From Nitrospirota bacterium (GTDB lineage: Bacteria > Nitrospirota > Thermodesulfovibrionia > Thermodesulfovibrionales > UBA1546), in assembly GCA_016208915.1 (NCBI GenBank), contig JACQXE010000051.1:619-64618 (forward strand): a stretch of DNA of 64,000 bases, written 5' to 3'. Under the pieces are notes generated by a model, which was given only the letters and a program-made list of their open reading frames with translations, had not been told where the DNA came from and did not search any database. This document shows, one piece after another, positions 54,679 to 64,000 of the stretch (positions within the stretch are counted from its first letter, which is position 1; every line of letters begins with the position of its first letter). The translations under genes were made by a program, and so were the position numbers.

Positions 54679-55818
54679 ATGGCACTCGAAGACATTGCTA
54701 AATTAAAAGAAAAAGTCGAGAAAGACCCTAAGTCAAAACTCTTTGTTCCCCTCGCCGATGAATACCGAAAAGCAGGAAAAATAGATGATGCCGTATCTGT
54801 TCTGTTGAAAGGCCTTGCTGACCAGCCAGAATACATGAGCGCAAGAGTGTCTCTGGGCAAGATATATCTTGAGAAAAAAATGATAGCCGAGGCTAAAGAC
54901 GAATTCGAAAAGGTAATAAAAGCCATATCAGACAACCTTTTTGCTCATAAGAAATTGGCCGAGATATACAGAGATTCAGGAGAAAGTGACAGAGCAATAG
55001 CTGAATATAAGGCAGTGCTCAGGCTGAATCCATTTGATGAAAATGCTGTGTCAAACCTTGGGGCGCTTCAGAGCACGGCACAGAGATACGCTCCAGAACC
55101 GTCTTCTGCCACGCTCTCATTTGGTGAGGTACCCGAAGAAAAGATATCAGGAGTGGGAGTTTCTATGGAGGCAGTTCCGGCAAAGGAGATACAAAAGGAA
55201 ACAGCAGAGGAAAAATTAGTAGAAATAGCAGAGAGAGCAACAGACGAGGTAGAAACAATAGTAGAGGAAGATATTACGGTGCTTTCTGAAGGTATGCCCA
55301 CACCGCTTGAAGAAGAAAAACAGGTAGCTGGACATGAAGATGAGTTCGAAAAGTTCAGGAGATCATTTGATGAGCGTGAGGAAAAGATTAAGGAGGCTGT
55401 TACTGAAGATATCGGAGAAGAAATAATATCCGAAGAGGAAATAGGAGACTTAGGAGAAATAGAAAAAGAGGCAATTGCATATGTGGATGTATTAAAGGAG
55501 CCTAAGCCTCTGTCAACCAATGTCTTTGAAGCACTGGAACAGGCAGAAGAAGAGCCTGAAGCAGTAAAATTTGCTGAAAAACCCGGGTTAAGTAATGCAG
55601 ATGAATTAGTACGAAGAGGCAATTACACTGAGGCGATGAAGATATATATTAGATTGTTAAAAGCCGACCCTGATGACAAAAATATGCGACAGAAGGTTGA
55701 AGAGTTAAAGATGCTTCTTCGGATGCTCGGCAAGACAGGAGATGTAATCATTGAGAAACTAAAACTATTTGAAGAGGGGTTAAAGAGAAGGAAAGATGAG
55801 TTTCTCGGAAATTCTTAA
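54679..55818 (+). CDS. TPR protein with acidic linker
   Basis: DPKSKLFVPLADEY, TPRs, Glu-rich middle. Confidence 0.8.
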   Translation: MALEDIAKLKEKVEKDPKSKLFVPLADEYRKAGKIDDAVSVLLKGLADQPEYMSARVSLGKIYLEKKMIAEAKDEFEKVIKAISDNLFAHKKLAEIYRDSGESDRAIAEYKAVLRLNPFDENAVSNLGALQSTAQRYAPEPSSATLSFGEVPEEKISGVGVSMEAVPAKEIQKETAEEKLVEIAERATDEVETIVEEDITVLSEGMPTPLEEEKQVAGHEDEFEKFRRSFDEREEKIKEAVTEDIGEEIISEEEIGDLGEIEKEAIAYVDVLKEPKPLSTNVFEALEQAEEEPEAVKFAEKPGLSNADELVRRGNYTEAMKIYIRLLKADPDDKNMRQKVEELKMLLRMLGKTGDVIIEKLKLFEEGLKRRKDEFLGNS

Positions 55819-56152
55819 GGAAACCGTTGATAGGGTTGACGGCGCTGTTTCTGCGATGATAATCGGAGCTGACGGCATGCCTGTTGAGGAATATGCAAAT
55901 GAAAAGCTTATTAACCTCGAAGACCTCAGCGCAGAGGCATCAGCAATGATCAAAGACATAGGCAATGCAGCAGAGACACTCGGGCTTGGAGAGGCAAAGG
56001 AATTTTCGATAATCTCTGAAAAGTGCGGGATAATAATGAGGAAGATAAATTCCGAGTATTATCTGGCGCTTATCATAAAGCCTGAAGGTAATTACGGTAA
56101 GGGAAGGTTTGTCCTCAAGAATACGATACCTAAGATAGAAAAAGAATTTTAG
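55796..56152 (+). CDS. Roadblock/LC7 domain protein
   Basis: VDGAVSAMIIGADG, GNYGKGRF. Confidence 0.8.
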   Translation: MSFSEILKETVDRVDGAVSAMIIGADGMPVEEYANEKLINLEDLSAEASAMIKDIGNAAETLGLGEAKEFSIISEKCGIIMRKINSEYYLALIIKPEGNYGKGRFVLKNTIPKIEKEF

Positions 56153-56158
56153 GCAGGG

Positions 56159-57346
56159 TTAGTTTTTGGATAAAGAATCTGTCTTTTGTTTGTCTCTTCC
56201 AAAAGGCGAAAACTGTCGCAGTTCTTTTATAATCGCAGGCATGACTTCAATCACCTTGTCTACCTCTGCCTCAGTATTATAACGACTCAGTGAAAATCTT
56301 ATGGAGCCATGTATTGCAGTTGCAGGCACGCCCATTGCCCTGAGGACATGTGAAGGCTCCAGAGAGCCTGATGTGCATGCAGAGCCTGATGAGGCGCAGA
56401 TGCCGAATTCATTTAGCCTTAGCAGGATAGCTTCTCCTTCAACATATTCAAAGCTGATATTTGTAGTATTGGGCAGCCTGTTATTTGTATCTCCGTTTAT
56501 TATTGTATTAGGGCATAGTTTTAAGAGCGCATTTTCGATCTTGTCTCTTAATCCCTTTAGATATTGCATCTCTTTGTAAAGGTTCTCTCCTGCAAGCTCG
56601 CATGCCTTTCCGAGAGCAGCAATCGAAGCTACATTCTCTGTGCCTGCCCTTCTTCCATGCTCCTGATGTCCTCCTATTATATAGGGATGGAATCTTGTGC
56701 CCTTTCTTACATAGAGGGCTCCGACACCTTTCGGTGCATGGAGCTTATGTCCTGATAAGGAGAGCATATCAACAGGCATTTTGCTGATGTCTATTGGGAC
56801 TTTTCCGACTGCCTGAACAGCATCTGTATGGAGCAGTATTCCCTTTTCCTTAAGGAAATCAACTATCTCTGCGATAGGGAATATGACGCCTGTCTCATTA
56901 TTTGCATACATAAGAGATACAATAAGCGTATCTTCATCAAGCGCCTTTAAAAGTTCGTCCATATTGATCTGACCATGTTTGGTCACAGGGATATAAGTGA
57001 CCCTATAGCCTTTCCTTGCGAGATGCTTGCAGAAGTTAAGCACAGCAGGATGTTCAACACGCGATGTGACGATATGCCTTTTGTTTGGGAAAGATTCGGC
57101 TGCGCTCATAATTGCAGCATTATCACTTTCTGTCCCGCAGCTCGTAAATATTATCTCCTCAGGCTCAGCGCCTATGAGTTTTGCAACCTTCTGCCTTGCC
57201 TCTTCTATCTTTCTGTGCAACTGGCCGCCAAATGTATGCATGCTCGACGGATTCCCGTAAAATTCCCTGAGATACGGGAGCATCTCATTGAGGACTTCAG
57301 GCGCTATATTTGTTGTGGCATTATTATCAAAATATATTGTATCCAT
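56159..57346 (-). CDS. nifS: Cysteine desulfurase NifS
   Basis: YFDNNATT, SGHK, SSGSACTS. Confidence 0.93.
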   Translation of the reverse strand: MDTIYFDNNATTNIAPEVLNEMLPYLREFYGNPSSMHTFGGQLHRKIEEARQKVAKLIGAEPEEIIFTSCGTESDNAAIMSAAESFPNKRHIVTSRVEHPAVLNFCKHLARKGYRVTYIPVTKHGQINMDELLKALDEDTLIVSLMYANNETGVIFPIAEIVDFLKEKGILLHTDAVQAVGKVPIDISKMPVDMLSLSGHKLHAPKGVGALYVRKGTRFHPYIIGGHQEHGRRAGTENVASIAALGKACELAGENLYKEMQYLKGLRDKIENALLKLCPNTIINGDTNNRLPNTTNISFEYVEGEAILLRLNEFGICASSGSACTSGSLEPSHVLRAMGVPATAIHGSIRFSLSRYNTEAEVDKVIEVMPAIIKELRQFSPFGRDKQKTDSLSKN

Positions 57347-58176
57347 TATTGTGCCTCCACTATTATCTCTTCGCTAACCAGTTCCTTTAGTTTATCCTGA
57401 ATTCCTTTTATTGTAACATCTGCCATAAGACAGCCTGTGCACATTCCCCGAAGCGCAACGATTACCTTGTTGCCGTCTATATCTACCAGCTCGATATCGC
57501 CGCTGTCAGCCTGCAGTCCGGGTCTTATCTCTCTTTCTATTATCTCCTGTATCAGAGCTATTTTCTGGAGATTTGTAATTTTTTTTTGGACAGCAGGCTT
57601 TTCAGGTTTCTTTAGTGACCAGATGTCCCTGAGTATCGCCTCAATCTCTCCACTGCATTCACCGCATCCTCCGCCTGCCTTTGTATAGTCTGTAATCTCA
57701 TCAACTGTTGTAATGTGGTTTTCTATTGCCACTTTTCTGATTTTTTCTTCTGTGACATTAAAACATTTGCAAAGGATTCTGCCCTCTTCTTCTACGACCT
57801 TCGGCTGTCCTCTGTAGTTTGCAACAGCTGCCTCAAGCGCTTCTCTGCCCATCACAGAGCAGTGCATTTTTTCTTTGGGAAGACCTCCAAGGAATTCTGC
57901 GATGTCCTGATTTGTTATCTGAAGCGCCTCGTCAATGTTTTTTCCCTTAATAAGTTCGGTAAGGGCAGATGAGCTTGCTATTGCGCTCGCACAGCCAAAT
58001 GTCTGAAACTTTGCATCAATTATTCTGCCTGAATCTTTGTCAACCCTCAGATAGAGCCTTAGCGCATCGCCGCAAACAATACTGCCTACATCTCCCACAG
58101 CATCAGGATTTTCTATCTCCCCGATATTTTTGGGATGTAAAAAATGCTCTTTTACCTTGTCAGTATATTCCCACAT
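57346..58176 (-). CDS. nifU: Fe-S cluster assembly protein NifU
   Basis: IscU domain (CGD, FGC, KMHC), CKC..CGEC, Nfu CTGC. Confidence 0.93.
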   Translation of the reverse strand: MWEYTDKVKEHFLHPKNIGEIENPDAVGDVGSIVCGDALRLYLRVDKDSGRIIDAKFQTFGCASAIASSSALTELIKGKNIDEALQITNQDIAEFLGGLPKEKMHCSVMGREALEAAVANYRGQPKVVEEEGRILCKCFNVTEEKIRKVAIENHITTVDEITDYTKAGGGCGECSGEIEAILRDIWSLKKPEKPAVQKKITNLQKIALIQEIIEREIRPGLQADSGDIELVDIDGNKVIVALRGMCTGCLMADVTIKGIQDKLKELVSEEIIVEAQ

Positions 58177-58324
58177 TTTCGCTTACCTGAAATTATATCA
58201 TAAAAGGATACCTTAGAAGACTCTTCTATATTCATGCGCTATCCTTGTGAAAGTAAGAGATAGTATTTAATAATACGGTTCAGGGGTCTTGATAATATTG
58301 AAAGATTCTGGTTTCATTATAACT

Positions 58325-59317
58325 ATGATAAAGAAAATCGTACTCGGGCTGATCGCAGTTGTATTTATATCGCTTTTAGGTCTTGTCCTGTTTTTTCCTC
58401 TGGATTCATTTGTTAAGAAAAAGATTTATGACAGCATAGGCTCTGCTGTTTCATTCAGCGGCTTAAGGATAGGATGGAGCAAAATAGCAGCAGATAATGT
58501 TTTGATAAAGACTTCTGAAGGAACTGATTTTCTCAGGATAAAACAGCTTAGACTTAGTCCGCACCTGTGGGGACTCTTTCGGAAGAGGCTGGAGATAAAA
58601 GAAATAGAGCTTGATTCGCCGGAACTTTTTATGAAAAAGACCAAGAGTGGCAGATGGCTTTTCCCTGAATTCAAGAAAAAAGACAAAGGGAAGTCATCTA
58701 TTGAACTTATTGTAAAGGAATTCAAGGTTGATGAAGGGAAAATATTTTTAGCTGATGAAGTTGCTGGCTTTAATATGAATCTCACCGGTGTAGTTGTAAA
58801 GATAAAAAACAGGATATCCTTTTTCCATTCTGGCAAGACAGCCATTGATGCCGCTGCACAACTTCCCTCTTCAGGAAGGATTTCTTTTGTATCTGAGGGC
58901 AATATGAATGATAAGAGCCTTAAAGGAGTTTTTTCTATTAATAACATGGACATGGTTATTTTAAGACCTTACATGAAAGGAGATGTGAGGGTGAATAAAG
59001 GCAGGCTGAATCTGAATTCGACGTTCAATCTTGATAAGGGATACCTGAAAGCACCGTCTGTTCTCAGGGTAAAGGATATTGATATTGAGACGAAAGGTGT
59101 TTTTCTAGGCGTGTCTGCTCCGCTTGTGTTGGAACTTGTAAAGAAGAGAGGTGAGATTGATCTGGATTTTAATGTGTGGGGCAGATGGAATAATCTCCAG
59201 AATGATCTAAAGGAATCATTCAAGAGAAAGGTTTTTGAAGAGGTTGGCAAGACGTTAGTCTCACCCCTTGAAGATGTTGTAAGAGAAATTGAAGGCATAC
59301 TGCCATTTAAAAGATAG
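58325..59317 (+). CDS. AsmA/DUF748-like protein
   Basis: N-terminal TM followed by beta-rich region. Confidence 0.6.
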   Translation: MIKKIVLGLIAVVFISLLGLVLFFPLDSFVKKKIYDSIGSAVSFSGLRIGWSKIAADNVLIKTSEGTDFLRIKQLRLSPHLWGLFRKRLEIKEIELDSPELFMKKTKSGRWLFPEFKKKDKGKSSIELIVKEFKVDEGKIFLADEVAGFNMNLTGVVVKIKNRISFFHSGKTAIDAAAQLPSSGRISFVSEGNMNDKSLKGVFSINNMDMVILRPYMKGDVRVNKGRLNLNSTFNLDKGYLKAPSVLRVKDIDIETKGVFLGVSAPLVLELVKKRGEIDLDFNVWGRWNNLQNDLKESFKRKVFEEVGKTLVSPLEDVVREIEGILPFKR

Positions 59318-59324
59318 TAGGGGG

Positions 59325-59354
59325 ACGGCTGCACTCTCGAGAGGGTGCAGCCGT
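59325..59354. terminator. Hairpin between convergent genes
   Basis: ACGGCTGCACTCTC/GAGGGTGCAGCCGT. Confidence 0.65.
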
Positions 59355-59406
59355 ACTGCTATGAGAGGCTGTTAGCAGTTCTAAGATATTAGTTTCCTAA
59401 CAATTC

Positions 59407-60462
59407 TTACCATCTTCCCGACTTTGTCACATAGTGAGGATTCGTGGAGCTGTAATGACACGTACCGCAGATATCGCCCATGTTGGTATCTGTTGTCTTG
59501 TTCTTATGGCAGACCTCGCAGTTGTTGTTCACGCCATCACCCCAGTTTGTAGGCTTTGTCTCCATATGCATTGAGTTGTGGCAGGTAATACAGAGAACTT
59601 TTGGAAGTCCGCTTCTTTTTCTGCCATGACCTACAGAGCTCTTGAACTCTGTATTCGCGTTCTGTGCATAGGGAACAGGCTGATTCTGGAGGCTGGTATG
59701 ACAGTTCTCACAGCGCGGGAAACCTGCCTGACCGGGTGTTTTCATGATGCCGTTTGCTGCATCCACCAGAGTTCCATGGCAGGTTACACAGCCAATAGGA
59801 TCGTTGGGGAACTTATCTTTATGAATGCCTCCATAACACGGAGATGGATGGCATCTGTAGCATCCATCAGAAGTGGTCTGTTCACTACTGGGCACCCTGT
59901 ATGCATGCGATGACATCATCTTGGCGCCTAATACATGACAGTTACGGCATAAGCTTGTGCCTGGTGTCGTTGCCTGATTAGCTATTGCATGGGGAGGCGG
60001 AACTGCATGGCAGCCGTCGCACTTTGCATTCCAGCGCCGGATAACGCCTGTGAAAGTCTTGCCGTCTGCGGTGTACGTAATTTCGGAGTCACCGCTATAG
60101 ACCATGACGGCCTGCAGACTCGTCGGAGTAGCGGTGTAAACCTTGTTTGTCGAATCGCCGATTGTCATAGTCCCTGTCTGGCCGGTAGATGTAACTTTCC
60201 AGGTTACCCCGGTGCTTGGAAGTAACACATATCCTTCAGCATCAAAGACCTGCGCTTTTACAGGTGTCCCATTACTCCAGACAAATATCTTGTATCCTGC
60301 GTTAATCCACCCTGCAGGATCAGCGCAGTACATTCCCTTTGCCGGACGGCCGACAATAAGATTTGTTGGCGGTGGAACAGGTTTTCCTGCGTATGCTATC
60401 GTAAAACCTGCTATCACCGAGGCTGCTACTAACAAACTGATTAAAATTTTGTATTTTTTCAT
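59407..60462 (-). CDS. Exported multiheme cytochrome c (8 CXXCH)
   Basis: Signal peptide; CDGCH, CRNCH, CYRCH, CVTCH, CENCH, CITCH, CEVCH, CGTCH. Confidence 0.9.
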   Translation of the reverse strand: MKKYKILISLLVAASVIAGFTIAYAGKPVPPPTNLIVGRPAKGMYCADPAGWINAGYKIFVWSNGTPVKAQVFDAEGYVLLPSTGVTWKVTSTGQTGTMTIGDSTNKVYTATPTSLQAVMVYSGDSEITYTADGKTFTGVIRRWNAKCDGCHAVPPPHAIANQATTPGTSLCRNCHVLGAKMMSSHAYRVPSSEQTTSDGCYRCHPSPCYGGIHKDKFPNDPIGCVTCHGTLVDAANGIMKTPGQAGFPRCENCHTSLQNQPVPYAQNANTEFKSSVGHGRKRSGLPKVLCITCHNSMHMETKPTNWGDGVNNNCEVCHKNKTTDTNMGDICGTCHYSSTNPHYVTKSGRW

Positions 60463-60624
60463 CTTTCTCGTTCCTCCTTACTTCTAAGTTTTCAACTTTT
60501 TGTGTGATTACTTAATTGTTCAAAATATAGCCCCGCAATCTCACATTGCTTTATCACCCCCCCCATTCTATAGATTGTTTAGTCATTTGGTATCCCAGAA
60601 ATCTGTTATTCATATTAAGCATTA

Positions 60625-60860
60625 AGCAAAGGATATGCCAAAAATTCCCTAAAATAATTCTTCATAAAATCAGCGTGTTGTAATTAGGAAAAAGTTTAAT
60701 GGTGTTATGTTCGGTGAAATAACCAAATGCACTTGGTTATTTCACCGATAAGTTCTAATAAAATTCTTTGTGCTGGAAACCTGAAATTATAAAAGGTGCT
60801 GATAATAAAAACTTTGGAATCAACCAATGACCGGATTTGCACGATGGTATGGTAATTGCT
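60625..60860. promoter_or_regulatory. Divergent sigma54 promoters with shared palindromic enhancer
   Basis: Minus TGGCATATCCTTTGCT (60640-60625); plus TGGTATGGTAATTGCT (60845-60860); IHF-like AATCAGCGTGTTG; perfect 16-bp inverted repeat 60711-60748. Confidence 0.75.
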
Positions 60861-60896
60861 TGTCTTTATTAAGACAGGGATAATTTAGGAGGAAGA

Positions 60897-61283
60897 TTGA
60901 ACAAGATACTGATAGTTGATGATGAACCCTTACTAAGACGCAGTCTTTCAAAGGCAGTTCACAGCAATTCTGTTGAGGTTATGCCTGTCAGCACTGGCGA
61001 GGATGCGTTAGTTGAGATTGGTTCCTGTTTCTACAGTCTCTGCTTTCTTGATATCCATCTGTCAGGTACAAATGGCATTGATATCATGAAAAAGATAAAG
61101 GAGATATCCCCAAAGACTAAAGTAGTAATAATGTCAGCGCATGAGATAACGGATGATATGAAGAAAGAGATAGAAAAAAGTGCTTATCTTTTTGTCCCGA
61201 AGCCTTTTGACCTGTCGCATGTCAAGGCAATTGTATCTGAGGTTTTGGGTGATAACTATTCTAATCCGAATTTTTTTATCTGA
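60897..61283 (+). CDS. Single-domain response regulator
   Basis: ILIVDDE, LDI, MSA, KPF. Confidence 0.88.
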   Translation: MNKILIVDDEPLLRRSLSKAVHSNSVEVMPVSTGEDALVEIGSCFYSLCFLDIHLSGTNGIDIMKKIKEISPKTKVVIMSAHEITDDMKKEIEKSAYLFVPKPFDLSHVKAIVSEVLGDNYSNPNFFI

Positions 61284-62644
61284 TATCTGAGGGAGTCATA
61301 GCTTACATTCAGCAGCTTTGCGGCTATGGTTTTATTATTCCGTGCTTTTTTAAGAGCCTGAAGGATAAGGTTTTTTTCAAGCTCATCGAGATTTATGCCT
61401 GTTTCCGGCAGGATGAAGCTATCCTTTAATTCAGTTTTAGCAGTCAGGGCAAGCGTTGTAAACTCCTTAGGCAGGTGTTCTGGGAGTATCATTTCTGTAT
61501 TTTCTAACACAACAATCCTTTCTATAACATTTTTTAACTCCCTTATATTCCCCGGCCAGTTATAGGTGAGCATGCATTGTTCTGTCTCAGATGAAAAGCC
61601 TTTAATTGTCTTTTTGTTATACCGTGTAGAAAAGTATGAAAGAAAATATCTTGCAAGAATAGGGATGTCCTCTTTTCTGTCCCTTAGCGGTGGTATATGC
61701 AAAGAAAATGTGTTAAGTCTGTAGAACAGATCCATTCGGAATTCTCCGCGTTCAACCGCCTCTGACAGATTTCTGTTTGTTGTGGATATTACAGTTGCAT
61801 TTACAGGAATTTCTTCCTTTCCGCCAATGCGTCTTATCGTTCTTTCTTCTATCACCCGTAGCAGCTTGCTCTGCAGGCTCATTTTCATTTCGCCTATCTC
61901 ATCTAATAAAAGAGTGCCTTCTCCAGCAAGCTCAAAGAGTCCTTTTTTGTCGGATTTTGCATCTGTAAATGCCCCTTTTTCATATCCAAAAAGCTCGCTT
62001 TCGAGTAGTAATTCAGGCAGGGCGGCACAGTTTATGCCGATGAAGGGTGCATAGTGCGAAAAGCACAGACTGTGAAGAGAATAGTGAATATGCCTTGCTA
62101 TTAGTTCTTTTCCCGTACCACTTTCCCCTGTTATGAGTATGGTCGAGACGTGTGCATCTGTTATCTTGTCGATTTTGGATTTTAATCCTTTGATTATAAT
62201 CGATTCTCCGATGATATCCTTCTCAAAAGACTCGCAGTTTACCTTTCTCAGAAAGTCAACTTCCTGTTTGAGACGTGTTTTTTCTATGGTATTATTTATG
62301 ATAATTTTTACCTCTTCTATATTGAAAGGTTTAGTCAGATAATCAGCAGCTCCAAGCTTCATAGCCCTGACGGCAGTCTCTGCAGTATCATCTGCGGTCA
62401 GCATTATTACCTGGGTATTCGTTCCCATGCCTTTGATTTCCTGGAGGATGTCTATTCCGCTTTTTTCAGGAAGATTTATGTCTAGCATAACTATATCGGG
62501 AGACAGATTCTGAATCTTGTTGATAATATCATCTGCTGTGGTTTCTGCAGAAACTTCATATCCTTCACTATTCAAAGCTCTTGAGAGCATTGAGGTAATG
62601 AGTTTGTCATCGTCTAACAGGAATACCTTCCCTTTGCTTCTCAT
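61256..62644 (-). CDS. NtrC-family sigma54-dependent response regulator
   Basis: Receiver domain, GESGTGKE, ESELFG..GAFTDA, WPGNIREL, Fis-type HTH. Confidence 0.93.
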   Translation of the reverse strand: MRSKGKVFLLDDDKLITSMLSRALNSEGYEVSAETTADDIINKIQNLSPDIVMLDINLPEKSGIDILQEIKGMGTNTQVIMLTADDTAETAVRAMKLGAADYLTKPFNIEEVKIIINNTIEKTRLKQEVDFLRKVNCESFEKDIIGESIIIKGLKSKIDKITDAHVSTILITGESGTGKELIARHIHYSLHSLCFSHYAPFIGINCAALPELLLESELFGYEKGAFTDAKSDKKGLFELAGEGTLLLDEIGEMKMSLQSKLLRVIEERTIRRIGGKEEIPVNATVISTTNRNLSEAVERGEFRMDLFYRLNTFSLHIPPLRDRKEDIPILARYFLSYFSTRYNKKTIKGFSSETEQCMLTYNWPGNIRELKNVIERIVVLENTEMILPEHLPKEFTTLALTAKTELKDSFILPETGINLDELEKNLILQALKKARNNKTIAAKLLNVSYDSLRYQIKKFGLE

Positions 62645-62661
62645 GTTTTTATCACCTTTAT

Positions 62662-64000
62662 TTACTGATATACAGGCAAAGCGATTTTAAACGTAGTTCC
62701 CCTGCCTTGTATGCTATCTACGCTTATACTGCCTTTCTGTTCTTCAATAAGCCGTTTAGTGATCGCCAAACCCAGTCCAGTCCCCTTAGCTTTAGTAGTA
62801 AAGAAAGGCTGAAATACCTTGTCTATGATTGCTTTTTCGATCCCTCTGCCTGTATCGGCTATCTCTATTTTAATGGTGTTCTCAGATGAATCATATGATG
62901 TCTTTGCAGTTAGAGTGCCGCCCTCTGGCATAGCATCAATGGCATTCAGCAGCAGATTCAGAAATACCTGTTTAAGTTGCATTGGATCAGCCATGGTCTC
63001 AGGAAGATGGCTATCAAAGTCTTTTATGATATTTATGGTATCTGACTTATCTGGAGAAAATAAGCTTTTGATAGAAAGAGAGAGTGAGGCGTCAAGCAGA
63101 GTGTTTACATTAACCAGGTTGAACTGTGGTTTGGGTGGTCGGGCGAAACTAAGCAAATCCTTCAACAATGCTTCTATACGCTTTATCTCGCCAATAACTT
63201 TTAATAGTACATCCCTGTCTTCTTCTGGAAGAGTGTTTTCTGTGGAGAACACTTCCATTGATATCTTAATGGCTGCAAGGGGATTTTTGATCTCGTGGGC
63301 AAGTCCTATTGCAAGTTCTCCGCACATATTCATCTGTTCGGTGCGCTGCATTTTGATCATATGTTCTTTTAGTGAACGTGCCATATCATTTATGGATTCA
63401 GCCAATTCTCCGAATTCATTTGTTAGCCCTTTTATCCTGTGGTCCAAATCCCCGCTTTTGAATATTTTTGTTGCGTTCAGAAGTTCGCTGATAGGATGTG
63501 TGAAACCTTTTATAAAAACAAGAGCCAATCCTGTGGCTAATATAGGACCTGCTGCCACAAGTATGAAGAGCAGGACTTTTGTATCATGAATATCTTCGAG
63601 AGTTGACCGAGTTTTTGTCTCCAGCCTGCCGCTTGCGAATGCTATCATATTATTGAGTTTTATTATGAGTTCTTCGCCGAGGTTAAAGGCGTTATCCTCC
63701 TCTCTTGCTAACCTCTCTGCATTGGCTCTTATGGTAAGAATCCTGCTCAGTGCATTTTTATAATATTCAATATTGTTCTTCAGATCTGAGAGTCTTCCTA
63801 TGACATTATCTGAATGATGGCAGCCGAAACACGCATTGGCTGTATGTTCCATGTCCCGAAAATCAGTCATAATAGTGTCAATGCTTCTTGCGTAGCGAGT
63901 GTTCTTTAGATTGATGTCAGCCTGCACCCTTTTGATCTGTATCAGGAGGTGCTCTCTGAGTATTTCGACCTGGTGTAGCACTATGAGCTTGTCAAGTCTT
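62662..64000 (-). CDS. Sensor histidine kinase with CXXCH in the sensor domain (5' partial)
   Basis: CFGCH, TM, HAMP, AHEIKNPL, GTGLGL; frame open to the window end. Confidence 0.9.
   Translation of the reverse strand, partial: RLDKLIVLHQVEILREHLLIQIKRVQADINLKNTRYARSIDTIMTDFRDMEHTANACFGCHHSDNVIGRLSDLKNNIEYYKNALSRILTIRANAERLAREEDNAFNLGEELIIKLNNMIAFASGRLETKTRSTLEDIHDTKVLLFILVAAGPILATGLALVFIKGFTHPISELLNATKIFKSGDLDHRIKGLTNEFGELAESINDMARSLKEHMIKMQRTEQMNMCGELAIGLAHEIKNPLAAIKISMEVFSTENTLPEEDRDVLLKVIGEIKRIEALLKDLLSFARPPKPQFNLVNVNTLLDASLSLSIKSLFSPDKSDTINIIKDFDSHLPETMADPMQLKQVFLNLLLNAIDAMPEGGTLTAKTSYDSSENTIKIEIADTGRGIEKAIIDKVFQPFFTTKAKGTGLGLAITKRLIEEQKGSISVDSIQGRGTTFKIALPVYQ

Noticed and set aside
56159-58176. 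Nitrogen fixation cluster
   Set aside because: Only nifS/nifU, which serve general Fe-S assembly in many anaerobes; no nifHDK here

Overview
Bacterial chromosomal window. Gene content and style suggest an anaerobe such as a Nitrospirota/Thermodesulfovibrionia-like organism (inference only). The backbone is housekeeping: trmJ, cutA, pilMNOPQ-like cluster, ccsA/resB, tRNA-Ala, argG-dprA-topA-hisF, aspS, rluB, ligA, mqnD, dinB, mtnA, moaC, dapA/dapF, nifS/nifU, and a sigma54 two-component locus next to an octaheme cytochrome c. There are three accessory regions: (A) about 1150-4850, with a frameshifted exported CARDB protein, a four-helix-bundle gene and a VapBC pair; (B) a ~10 kb island at the tRNA-Ala 3' end (16-bp att repeat, no integrase) carrying a C39-peptidase/double-glycine/Rhs fusion, a frameshifted YD+CARDB partner and toxin-antitoxin (TA) modules; (C) a two-methyltransferase Type II restriction-modification cassette with a frameshifted endonuclease. 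The most notable signals are the Rhs protein carrying a C39 peptidase and a matching GG cleavage site, a five-copy structured intergenic element with covarying stems, a shared sigma54 promoter/leader module at A and B, in-frame heptamer repeats inside core genes, and one or two UGA-containing candidate selenoproteins missed by the ORF track. All calls come from manual motif recognition; no database searches were run.
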